Source: Candidatus Collierbacteria bacterium GW2011_GWC2_44_18
Lineage (GTDB): Bacteria > Patescibacteriota > Microgenomatia > UBA1400 > MFAQ01
Length of the DNA: 64,000 nt
Reading direction: 5' to 3'
Assembly (NCBI GenBank): GCA_001000865.1
Contig: LCIE01000002.1
Coordinates: 32,992 to 96,991, forward strand
Shown here: positions 49,201-56,459 of the stretch, one piece after another
How the letters are laid out: each line of letters starts with the position of its first letter
How positions within the stretch are numbered: position 1 is the stretch's first letter
Position numbers and translations under genes: made by a program
Notes under the pieces: generated by a model
Databases searched by the model: none
Seen by the model: only the letters and a program-made list of their open reading frames with translations
What the model was told of the DNA's origin: nothing

Positions 49201-51530
49201 GAATCTATCGTTCCTTGGGCGACGATATTATTGCTTCATACCAATCTCATCAATATCCTCTGGATAGTTCCGGGGCTGAAGGTGGTGGTTGTTTCTTGGC
49301 GGGTACACAGATATTGATGGAAGACGGAAAAACAAAAGAAATTCAGGATATAAAGGTGGGAGATATAGTCAAGTCATTTCTAAGTCCTCTGTCGAGGAAA
49401 ATAGCAACTGCCAAAGTTTCCAAAGTTTTCACGCATCAGGTAGTAGGTTATTTGGTAATTAACAATCACCTAAGAGTCACCGGAGAACACAATTTATATA
49501 TCAATGGTCGGTTCATGACCGCCTCTGAGGTAAAAGTTGGGGATTTCTATCTTGATACTCATGGGGAGTACCAAAAGATATTCTCCATCGAAAGTCGATC
49601 TGGAATAAATACGGTCTACAATTTCACGGTAGAAAAATTAAACACATACTTCGCCGAAGGATTTTATGTCCACAACGAGAAGGGTCGCGAATTATTCGTG
49701 GACAATGCTTTTTTCAGCAGTGTCCGTACCGGTAGTGATGGCCGTGCCAGCGTTGATGTTAAGCTTCCGGATAATCTTACCTCTTGGAAAATTACCTCCC
49801 AAGGAGTTACTGCCGATCTGAAAGCAGGTGTCGACTCTTCTCTTCTGGTTGTTAAACAACCCTTCTTCGTAGATGTAGTCATGAACACTGAGTATCTGGT
49901 TGGCGAACGACCGGAAGTTTCGGTTCGTGCCTATGGTGAAGGACTATCCACTGGGGACCAAGTAATCCTAAAAATTCAATCTGATACTTTAGGAATAGAT
50001 AAAAGTCTTAACATAAAAGCCTTTGAAAGTTCTAAAGTGGATCTTGGTGTCCTCAAAGAAGGCTCCCACAAAATTACCATTTCGGGTATTTCCGGTAGTC
50101 TTACGGATAAGTTAATCAGAAAAATGAATGTAGTCAAGTCTCGCCTCAAAGCAGTCAAATCGGTCAGTGTTTCTTTGGCAGAAGGTACCAAGCCGGAAGG
50201 TTCGCCAGATTCGTCAACGACCTTAATCTTTTCCGACCAAAGCCTCGGTCGTTATTTCCCACCCCTTTCAAACCTGGCTTACACTTGGGGGGATCGCTCA
50301 GATCAGCGTCTAGCCCGCCATCTTTCGCAGTCTATCATCAAGAAGCTTTTCGACGATTCTATCAGTCCGGAAACACTCGACCTCACCGCCTTTCAAACTC
50401 CGGATGGTGGTTATGCACTCTTTCCCTACTCTGGAGCAGACCTGGAGCTCTCTGCCTTCGTAGCGTCCTTGGCAAAAGAAAAGGTTGATCTCATTGGTTT
50501 GGGAAACTATTTTTACAAAGAATTTTCCCAATCAAAAGACCTCGACACTGCCTCCATGTCGCTTTTTGGACTGGCAAGTTTAGACGAACCGGTACTACTA
50601 TTAATAAACAATCTTTCGGGCGAAAAAGATCTCAGCCCCTTGTCCAGAATCTACTTGGCTTTGGCTCAAGCCAAGATCGGGGATACCGAAATGGCCCGCA
50701 TTTTCTACAAGACTCTCATGTCGGAGTTTTCCGAAAAACAAGATTCATTAATCTTGATGAAAGTCGGATCAGACAAAGATAGTTATCTCCAGGCCACTTC
50801 ACTTACTTCTGCTCTTTCCTCCTTGTTGGGTGAGCCGGAAGCTGACAGTCTGCTTTCTTACACCCTGGCTAATAGCGCGAAAGACATCTTACTAGTTGCT
50901 CCTCAGATGATGGCCATTTCCTATCAGATCGAAAATATTAAACCCCAACCGGTCTCTTTTTCATACACTCTAAATGGCAAAAAGATACCCAAAAAACTTG
51001 AAAAGGGTCAAGTTTTCAAGCTTGAGTTATCGTCCACTGATCTATCCGGAATAAGTTTTTCCGATCTTGTTGGCAATGTCGGTTTGTCTTCAACTTTCGC
51101 GGTTCCTCTGGATCCAAAAACTGCCCCCATAAGTTCGTCGGTTCAGTTAGGTCGGAGTTACTCTGTTCGTGGTGCTATCACCAACACTTTCTCCACCAGC
51201 GATCTTGTCAAAATTTCACTTCCAGTTGCCTATGCGGATATCTCTCAAGACGGTTGTTACCAAGTCTCGGATCTACTTCCTTCGGGGTTGAGACCGATCA
51301 CTTCGATTTATAGTTTCGGGCTGGATTCCACAAAGACTTGGTATCCATACGAGATAAATGGCCAAAAGGTTAGTTTCTGTGTAGGAAATGGAAGTAAAGA
51401 AAAAACCATCAACTACTATGCGAGGGTCGTCTCCGGTGGCGACTTCAAAGCCGAAAGTGCCTTGATTCAATCCTTAATTTCACCTTCAGTCTTCAACCTT
51501 TCTCCCTCCGGCTCGGTCATTATCAAATGA
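46272..51530 (+). CDS. alpha-2-macroglobulin-family surface protein (1752 aa), thioester-less, with a Hint/BIL domain in place of the bait region
   Basis: N-terminal signal-anchor helix and repeated MG-type beta-sandwich domains (e.g. LVQITDLSAYLTVSGTKTLVWVNDIGTGQPVSGASV). The post-bait A2M block FVDNAFFSSVRTGSDGRASVDVKLPDNLTSWKI...LVVKQPFFVDVVMNTEYLVGE aligns with human A2M [32 protein letters not shown]...[21 protein letters not shown] (recalled from memory). No CxEQ thioester at the expected position (LAYTWGDRSDQ instead). Confidence 0.7.
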   Translation: MTSPYPVIKLKSSMGKIKTFLGSLRPWQLVGILLVSLGLLASVILASQYLQLSAKLKLGSDAGLLLTADRQDSLGTFQDSTFTLKSDQDLTVAGLKNSVTFFPEIDFDIREISPRQFSISPKAPLKNNSLYRVKVVSDQKTFSWAFQTKNDFRVVQTLPRDQATYVPINSGIEITFSHDNWDDISLKDGNFEITPFAEGRFERHKRTISFIPEGLVPNTLYTVKIKKGLKLKGTNEVLKDDFVYRFETQSSSGDKTQINFSRSFYEFSPPETPAFDIYTSSTGVGEASVKVYQYPNVQDFTSDFTTKLAIPAWATNSLRLNRRPVSGLNKVLDFPASIQKQSYTNYFLLPQTLPKGFYLIEATIDNITTQALVQITDLSAYLTVSGTKTLVWVNDIGTGQPVSGASVSFAGKGQETGQDGVAYFDTPTEKITENSNLIGVSHGSNALYLPVQNVRYYYDADYQNSRRVADKYWNYFYTDRPVYLPTDILKFWGLLRDRDNLNQNQKFTLEVTRSDYTSWDFHPMVLFTKDFETSDLGTFIGDIPLASYNPGWYGISLKINGTIVSSSSFSIETYTKPAYKLTLTPSKKAAIVGEIISFSGEATFFEGSPVVGMDLKVTGAQNSNFTTDSLGRFNFNYLVSKNSYNYLPEYRNFVVLPTLPEEGMIQVNSSIAVFDSSLVLGYSKTESKNSTGKVEIDLRQVDTGKFTQSSDIQDIFAPASNRLVTGTLVENQWNRREVGTYYDFINKVTSPKYAYDRVQTKIADISLTTDSKGKAVYEFPVGENKSYDILLYATDDQGRTTSQNVYLTGSVNNAELNNYVYLKTDKEGQNSSRYAIGESVNLTLMRGELPLESSGNDKFLYLFSQRGLNSYQLASDGKISFKYPTAFVPNVFVRAVRFTGKTYQVSENLYLYFDTTSKKLSLGITQDKPSYLPGDTAKLSVLVKDQTGSGVSSEVNLSLTDEAYNALNSTFVDPLSGIYRSLGDDIIASYQSHQYPLDSSGAEGGGCFLAGTQILMEDGKTKEIQDIKVGDIVKSFLSPLSRKIATAKVSKVFTHQVVGYLVINNHLRVTGEHNLYINGRFMTASEVKVGDFYLDTHGEYQKIFSIESRSGINTVYNFTVEKLNTYFAEGFYVHNEKGRELFVDNAFFSSVRTGSDGRASVDVKLPDNLTSWKITSQGVTADLKAGVDSSLLVVKQPFFVDVVMNTEYLVGERPEVSVRAYGEGLSTGDQVILKIQSDTLGIDKSLNIKAFESSKVDLGVLKEGSHKITISGISGSLTDKLIRKMNVVKSRLKAVKSVSVSLAEGTKPEGSPDSSTTLIFSDQSLGRYFPPLSNLAYTWGDRSDQRLARHLSQSIIKKLFDDSISPETLDLTAFQTPDGGYALFPYSGADLELSAFVASLAKEKVDLIGLGNYFYKEFSQSKDLDTASMSLFGLASLDEPVLLLINNLSGEKDLSPLSRIYLALAQAKIGDTEMARIFYKTLMSEFSEKQDSLILMKVGSDKDSYLQATSLTSALSSLLGEPEADSLLSYTLANSAKDILLVAPQMMAISYQIENIKPQPVSFSYTLNGKKIPKKLEKGQVFKLELSSTDLSGISFSDLVGNVGLSSTFAVPLDPKTAPISSSVQLGRSYSVRGAITNTFSTSDLVKISLPVAYADISQDGCYQVSDLLPSGLRPITSIYSFGLDSTKTWYPYEINGQKVSFCVGNGSKEKTINYYARVVSGGDFKAESALIQSLISPSVFNLSPSGSVIIK
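49290..49676 (+). other. Hint (bacterial intein-like, BIL-type) domain embedded in the A2M-family protein
   Basis: Begins GGG-CFLAGTQILMEDGK (block A). Has the TxxH block B (RVTGEHNL). Ends NTVYNFTVEKLNTYFAEGFYVHN (blocks F/G). The residue after the terminal Asn is Glu, not Cys/Ser/Thr. About 129 aa with no homing endonuclease. Confidence 0.75.
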
Positions 51531-53341
51531 AACTCTGGCAGTTATTTATTGGTTTTCTACCGATTATCGTCATTGCGACCTGCCTGCCGGCAGGCAGGGT
51601 TTTACTCGAACCGAAGCAATCTCCGAGCTTGAACCCTACACCTATTCGTGGGGTTAACCAACCCTTTGACACCTCCTTCGCTTATGATAATCGCACTTTT
51701 CTACCTGCCGTCGCTCAAAATACTGGCGTTGGTAACGGAACCTCTCCTAGGGTGGTTGTTCTCCCTCATCACCTGACCGCTTCTACCCTGATTGCTCAAG
51801 GCTTGTCGCTTTTAAAAACACCTCCACCCAAAACTATTGTTCTTTTATCTCCCAATCATGCCAACACCGGACAGTGCGCTATAGTTTCCTCCAAAAATAA
51901 TTGGGATACCCCATTTGGTCAGGTCCTAGTCGATCAATATCTATTGAATGATTTTCTGGACACCAAAACCATCTGTTTGGATGACTCGGCTGTGGCTATA
52001 GAACATGGTCTTGCCGGATTGGTTCCCTTCATCAAATATTATCTCCCGAATACAAAAATTGTTCCTTTTGCCCTTAAAAATGACCTCGATCCAATATTGT
52101 TAAATAATTTTACTCAAAAATTAGTTTCACTTTCTACAAAAACCGTTATCTTAGGCTCAATAGACTTTTCCCATGGTCTGTCCAAAAGTGAATCGACCAA
52201 AAAAGACGCTGTCACCGAGAAGTTACTATTGACCTTTAACTATCCGGAACTTCTCAAACTTTCATCCGAGTATCTCGACTCTCCGGTTTCTTTGGTCGCC
52301 ATTCTCAAAATTCTAGACTCGGAAAAAACCAAACCGAACATTCTAGCCCACAGTGACTCATCGGTTTTCAATAACCAACCAATGAACGTCACTTCATATT
52401 TTTTGATCTCCGGCGGCAGTAGTTCATCATCGACCATTCGTCATCCCGGACTTGATAGGGCCGTTGGTCCCCGAAGGGGGAGATCCATCCCCTCTGGAAA
52501 TTCCTTCACTCTCCTCTTCGGCGGTGACGTCATGCTTGGTCGCTCCGTCAATACCAGAATGATAAAGTACCAAGATTTCTTATGGCCATTCCAAAAAATA
52601 TCAGCTCTTCTTTCTTCTGCGGACTTATCTATTATCAATCTCGAGTCGCCTTTCCGTTCTGGTTGCCGACCGACCGATGGTGGTATGGTTTTTTGCGCCG
52701 ATCCTCGATCAGTCGAAGGTTTGGTTACGGCCGGCATCGATGTTGTTAATATCGCCAATAATCACATTTTCAATCAAGGCCAGGAGGGCATAGATGAAAC
52801 CATCGCCATATTAAATAATAACAACATTGCTTTCGTAGGGGCGGACCCCCGCGTCCGCCCGACAAACGACCCCCGCGTCGATCCGCAAAAATCGACATTC
52901 ACTCTCAAAAATACCAAAATCACTTTCTTGGGCTTTACCGACATTGCCTCCGTTTCCCAAGAAATTGCGACCGCCACTCCAGACAATATTAGAGCTCAAA
53001 TATCTGCCGCAAAAAAAGATTCCGATTTGGTTATCGCTACTTTCCACTGGGGCAATGAATATAGTCATCGGTCACTTCATCAGGTGGAACTCGCTCATCT
53101 AGCCGTTGATTCTGGTGCCGATGTCGTCATCGGCCACCACCCGCACTGGGTCCAGGAAGTAGAAACCTATTTGGGTAAACCCATTTACTATTCTCTGGGA
53201 AATTTAGTTTTCGATCAAATGTGGTCAGAAGAAACCAGGACAGGTCTAGTAGTCAAGTTAAACTTCTCTGGCAGTACCCTAATCAGTCAAGAACAAATTC
53301 CTATAAAAATTTTCGACTATGGTCAGCCAGCTACTCTATAA
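51527..53341 (+). CDS. fusion protein: MEMO1/AmmeMemoRadiSam-B-like domain plus CapA/PgsA-type metallophosphatase domain (604 aa), carrying three in-frame repeat insertions
   Basis: MEMO-like motifs LPHHLTAS, SPNHANTG, EHGLAGLVPFIKYY, SIDFSHG. CapA-like motifs LLFGGDVMLGRSV, NLESPF, NIANNHIFNQGQEG, TFHWGNEY, VVIGHHPHWVQE. ATGA overlap with the A2M gene stop. Repeat copies at 51568-51598, 52438-52493 and 52834-52861 are read in-frame. Confidence 0.65.
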   Translation: MKLWQLFIGFLPIIVIATCLPAGRVLLEPKQSPSLNPTPIRGVNQPFDTSFAYDNRTFLPAVAQNTGVGNGTSPRVVVLPHHLTASTLIAQGLSLLKTPPPKTIVLLSPNHANTGQCAIVSSKNNWDTPFGQVLVDQYLLNDFLDTKTICLDDSAVAIEHGLAGLVPFIKYYLPNTKIVPFALKNDLDPILLNNFTQKLVSLSTKTVILGSIDFSHGLSKSESTKKDAVTEKLLLTFNYPELLKLSSEYLDSPVSLVAILKILDSEKTKPNILAHSDSSVFNNQPMNVTSYFLISGGSSSSSTIRHPGLDRAVGPRRGRSIPSGNSFTLLFGGDVMLGRSVNTRMIKYQDFLWPFQKISALLSSADLSIINLESPFRSGCRPTDGGMVFCADPRSVEGLVTAGIDVVNIANNHIFNQGQEGIDETIAILNNNNIAFVGADPRVRPTNDPRVDPQKSTFTLKNTKITFLGFTDIASVSQEIATATPDNIRAQISAAKKDSDLVIATFHWGNEYSHRSLHQVELAHLAVDSGADVVIGHHPHWVQEVETYLGKPIYYSLGNLVFDQMWSEETRTGLVVKLNFSGSTLISQEQIPIKIFDYGQPATL

Positions 53342-53496
53342 GACCTGACCTCTAAAGTACTCAACTGTCCTCTCCTACCTTCCAGAGAAGTAAAAACCTA
53401 GGGTACTTTGCCACTTATCGTTGTTCGTATCACTTGTAAAATAATTATTAATATCTATAATTAATTCTGGTATTTAAATCGGGAAAATTATCAATT

Positions 53497-54444
53497 ATGG
53501 CTCCCATGAAAAAACAAAAAACCATTGTCTCCGCACTATGGCTGTTAATTAGTCTAGTTGTCATTTTTAGTGTTGCCCTTCTTCTCCAAAAAAGAAATTT
53601 CAGCGATCAAAGCCGAGCATCAAGTGGTACAGTTCTGGTCGGTCAGCTTATTAGATCCACTAGCTCCTCCTTATGCAGTAAATGCGTCCAGCAGTGCCCC
53701 GGTTCGGATAATGTGCTTCATGATTGCAACCCCATGGCTTCTAATGGTATCTCCATTGATAGTGTTTGCAACCAGGCCGGGAAAGTTGAAACTTGTGGCG
53801 GTAAGACCTATTGTTGTCCCAAACCAAAAGCCAGATGGACCGCCAATCTCACCGAATGTCCTGGAGCTACACCGGCGGTTAAACCACTCTCTCCCTACAG
53901 ACTTCTCAAGAAAGGCGGTCTCTGCACGGCTTTAGTCATAGACAAAGATCTGGCGGAACCATTAGTTGGCCAGCAGGTGGTGGCGACCGGAACCTTGAAG
54001 GAGCCATATTTTTATGCTTCAAAACTTTCTAGTTACACCCCAACTCCAACAAGAACCCCTACTCCTACAAAGACCCCCACACCTACTTCTTCAGACAATC
54101 AGCCACCCAAAATCATCACCACTTCATTGCCTTCCGGTTATGTAAATAAATCATACACTGCAAGTGTGGATGCCTCTGATATCGACACCGGCGATGCTTT
54201 AACCATGACGATATCTGGTTTACCTTTTGGGTTGAATACCGGTCCTTGTGGAGTTCCTGTCGGTGGGGGCAAAATCACCTGTTACATCTCCGGAACTCCT
54301 ATCCAGTCTGGACTTTTCAATATAAAGGTCTATGTCAGTGATAATCGAGGCGGATCCAGTTCGAAATCACTACCCCTATCTATCGTTACTCAGTCCACAA
54401 AAGTTACTCCCACACCAATTGGACCGCCGGTGGTCGCTCGCTAA
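53497..54444 (+). CDS. secreted Cys-rich protein with Pro/Thr linker and a C-terminal Ig/cadherin-like (dystroglycan-type) domain
   Basis: Signal-anchor helix, 10+ Cys in the first 120 aa, TPTPTRTPTPTKTPTPT linker, then a beta-rich domain (ITTSLPSGYVNKSYTASVDASDIDTGDALTMTISGLPFGLN). Confidence 0.55.
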   Translation: MAPMKKQKTIVSALWLLISLVVIFSVALLLQKRNFSDQSRASSGTVLVGQLIRSTSSSLCSKCVQQCPGSDNVLHDCNPMASNGISIDSVCNQAGKVETCGGKTYCCPKPKARWTANLTECPGATPAVKPLSPYRLLKKGGLCTALVIDKDLAEPLVGQQVVATGTLKEPYFYASKLSSYTPTPTRTPTPTKTPTPTSSDNQPPKIITTSLPSGYVNKSYTASVDASDIDTGDALTMTISGLPFGLNTGPCGVPVGGGKITCYISGTPIQSGLFNIKVYVSDNRGGSSSKSLPLSIVTQSTKVTPTPIGPPVVAR

Positions 54445-54449
54445 ATCTC

Positions 54450-54478
54450 AAAAAACCCGCCAAATGGCGGGTTTTTTG
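54450..54478 (+). terminator. intrinsic terminator
   Basis: aaaaaacccgccaaatggcgggttttttg. Confidence 0.7.
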
Positions 54479-54482
54479 AGAT

Positions 54483-54556
54483 TGGTCGGGGTACTCAGAA
54501 TTGAACTGAGATCGCGCGCACCCCATGCGCGCATACTGCCGTTATACTATACCCCG
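54483..54556 (-). tRNA. tRNA-Pro (anticodon GGG), 74 nt with encoded CCA
   Basis: Reverse complement CGGGGTATAGTATAACGGCAGTATGCGCGCATGGGGTGCGCGCGATCTCAGTTCAATTCTGAGTACCCCGACCA. Perfect 7-bp acceptor stem, 5-bp anticodon stem with loop AT-GGG-GT (U33, G37), 5-bp T-stem with TTCAATT loop, discriminator A then CCA. The D-arm pairing is off-register (TATA/TATG). Confidence 0.6.
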
Positions 54557-54598
54557 ATACTACACCCCGAAACGAACCTGTCTATTTTATCACTAAGC

Positions 54599-54675
54599 TC
54601 GTCATTGCGAGGAGTCAGGCAACCTGCCTGCCGTAGGTCGAAGATATCGTGTATTTCACGATCAGGTCTCACTCC
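54599..54675. repeat. Family-A long composite element (GTCATTGCGAGGAGTCAGGCAACCTGCCTGCCGTAGGTCGAAGATATCGTGTATTTCACGATCAGGTCTCACTCC)
   Basis: The 59-nt distal part recurs almost exactly inside the miaA CDS at 60172-60230. Confidence 0.85.
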
Positions 54676-54693
54676 ACAAAATAAAAATCCATA

Positions 54694-54721
54694 TTGCGAA
54701 AATAACCCAAATATATATAAT
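54694..54721 (+). promoter_or_regulatory. candidate sigma70 promoter TTGCGA-N16-TATAAT upstream of recA
   Basis: ttgcgaaaataacccaaatatatataat. Confidence 0.4.
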
Positions 54722-54750
54722 GACTTTAGATTAATAAATACCCGAAGGAA

Positions 54751-55812
54751 ATGCCAAAGAAATCCAAAAAAGTTAAAGAAGAAAAGTCTGTTGCCAAGCC
54801 GGCAGACAACAACGCTCGTCTCACTGCTGTCAAAATTGCTATGCAGCAAATTACCAAACAGTTTGGTGAAGGAGCTATCATGCATATGGGTTCCGATCGT
54901 GTCGACGAAAAGATACCGGTAATCTCTACCGGCTCAATTAGTTTGGACTTAGCTCTGGGAGTGGGGGGTTTCCCCAAAGGCAGAATTATCGAGATCTATG
55001 GTCCTGAAGCTTCAGGTAAGACCACCTTAGCCCTCCATGTCATCGCCGAAGCTCAAAAAGCGGGTGGTATCGCCGCTTTTATTGACGCCGAGCACGCAGT
55101 CGATCCTAGCCGTGCCAAGTCTATAGGAGTTGATTTGGACAGCCTCCTATTGTCACAGCCGGACAATGGTGAACAGGCACTAGAGATTGCCGAAACTCTG
55201 ATACGTTCCGGTGGAGTGGATGTTGTTGTTATTGATTCTGTCGCAGCCCTGGTTCCCAAGTCCGAGATCGAGGGGGAAATGGGGGATTCTTCCATGGGTC
55301 TACAGGCCAGACTCATGAGCCAAGCCCTTAGAAAGATTACCGGAGCCATTTCCAAGAGCAAGTGCATCGTTATTTTTACCAATCAGCTCCGTGAAAAAAT
55401 CGGTGTCATGTTTGGTAACCCCGAGGTCACTACCGGCGGGAAGGCCCTCAAGTTTTATGCTTCGATCCGCATCGATATGCGCAAAATTGGCAATATTCAG
55501 GAAGGAGATGAGATAATCGGTTCCCGTCACCGTGCCAAAGTAGTGAAGAACAAAGTCGCTTCGCCTTTTAGAACTGCCGAATTCGATGTTCTTAACGTCG
55601 GAGGTATCAGTAAACTAGGCGACCTCATCGACACCGCCATCGCATATAACGTCCTGGAAAAAGCCGGTTCGTTCATTAAGTACGATGGTGAGACACTGGC
55701 CCAAGGACGGGAGTCAGCGAAGACTGCTTTGGCCGAGCGTCCTCAGGTAATCGAGAAGATTAAGCAACAAGTCATGGAAAAGGTCAATGCCGGAATCCAG
55801 CCAGAAAAGTGA
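54751..55812 (+). CDS. recA: recombinase RecA
   Basis: [13 protein letters not shown] Walker A and the rest of the RecA layout. 353 aa. Confidence 0.95.
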   Translation: MPKKSKKVKEEKSVAKPADNNARLTAVKIAMQQITKQFGEGAIMHMGSDRVDEKIPVISTGSISLDLALGVGGFPKGRIIEIYGPEASGKTTLALHVIAEAQKAGGIAAFIDAEHAVDPSRAKSIGVDLDSLLLSQPDNGEQALEIAETLIRSGGVDVVVIDSVAALVPKSEIEGEMGDSSMGLQARLMSQALRKITGAISKSKCIVIFTNQLREKIGVMFGNPEVTTGGKALKFYASIRIDMRKIGNIQEGDEIIGSRHRAKVVKNKVASPFRTAEFDVLNVGGISKLGDLIDTAIAYNVLEKAGSFIKYDGETLAQGRESAKTALAERPQVIEKIKQQVMEKVNAGIQPEK

Positions 55813-56266
55813 GATCAGAAGTAGTCTATTAAAATACGCCGCCAACATACTCAGTCGACGGCCGTATTTTAGGTTCAAATTACGAGAAAAACTGTTTCTT
55901 CGGGCAGAAAAACTGAATTTATCCAATTCGGACTCGACAATAAATTCAATTCTGGACGATCTGGCTAAGAGTGGCTATCTAAACGACCAATATCTCTCCG
56001 AAGCCTTTGTCAGACGCCAGTTGTCCAAGCATTATGGCCCTAGGATTATTTCCCTCAAGCTCAAATTCTTGGGATTATCGCGGGAAGCAGTTACTGAAGC
56101 TCTCTCCTCCAGTGCGTCCTTGGAAGCTGAAATAGCCTCCATCAGGCAGTATCTTCAAAAATTTCCCCTTCTTGACCACCGGAAACTGATCTCCAAGCTC
56201 TACCAACGAGGCTATTCCGACCGTGCCATTAAAAGTGCATTTGACGGGGGCTATTTAGAAGACTAA
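55787..56266 (+). CDS. recX: regulatory protein RecX
   Basis: Immediately after recA (26-nt overlap). Three-helix repeat pattern typical of RecX. Confidence 0.7.
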   Translation: MPESSQKSEIRSSLLKYAANILSRRPYFRFKLREKLFLRAEKLNLSNSDSTINSILDDLAKSGYLNDQYLSEAFVRRQLSKHYGPRIISLKLKFLGLSREAVTEALSSSASLEAEIASIRQYLQKFPLLDHRKLISKLYQRGYSDRAIKSAFDGGYLED

Positions 56267-56410
56267 AATACAGATACTAATCATGCTAGTCACTCAAAAT
56301 TACGCAATGTTCGATCTCAATCATAATACCAAGATCTTCTTCAAAAAAGCCTGTTTACAGGCAAGTTGCTAAGCGGCTGATTTTGCGTGTTTGTTTGCCT
56401 TCCATAGATT

Positions 56411-56436
56411 AGGCCTGCCTGCCGGCAGGCAGGTTT
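56411..56436. repeat. CTGCCTGCCGGCAGGCAGG palindrome (Family-A core module)
   Basis: aggcctgcctgccggcaggcaggttt. The same palindrome occurs at 8071-8090 and 51581-51598. Confidence 0.7.
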
Positions 56437-56459
56437 ATTAATATATTTTTGTCTAAACC

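Noticed and set aside
49290-49676. A true protein-splicing intein
   Set aside because: The residue after the C-terminal Asn is Glu, not Cys/Ser/Thr, and the host protein is not a typical intein host. A BIL/Hint-type cleaving domain is more consistent.
46272-51530. Thioester-containing (CxEQ) A2M
   Set aside because: The position aligned to human PYGCGEQNM reads AYTWGDRSDQ. No Cys-x-Glu-Gln is present, so this is a thioester-less A2M-like protein.
54332-54922. 196-aa plus-strand ORF spanning the terminator, tRNA-Pro, repeat element and recA promoter
   Set aside because: It runs through a tRNA gene and a palindromic repeat, has no RBS, and its translation is low-complexity. Judged spurious.
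56340-56370. Hairpin aaaaaagcctgtttacaggc as a terminator after recX
   Set aside because: The T-run lies on the wrong side for plus-strand termination, and there is no minus-strand gene to serve. Left uncalled.
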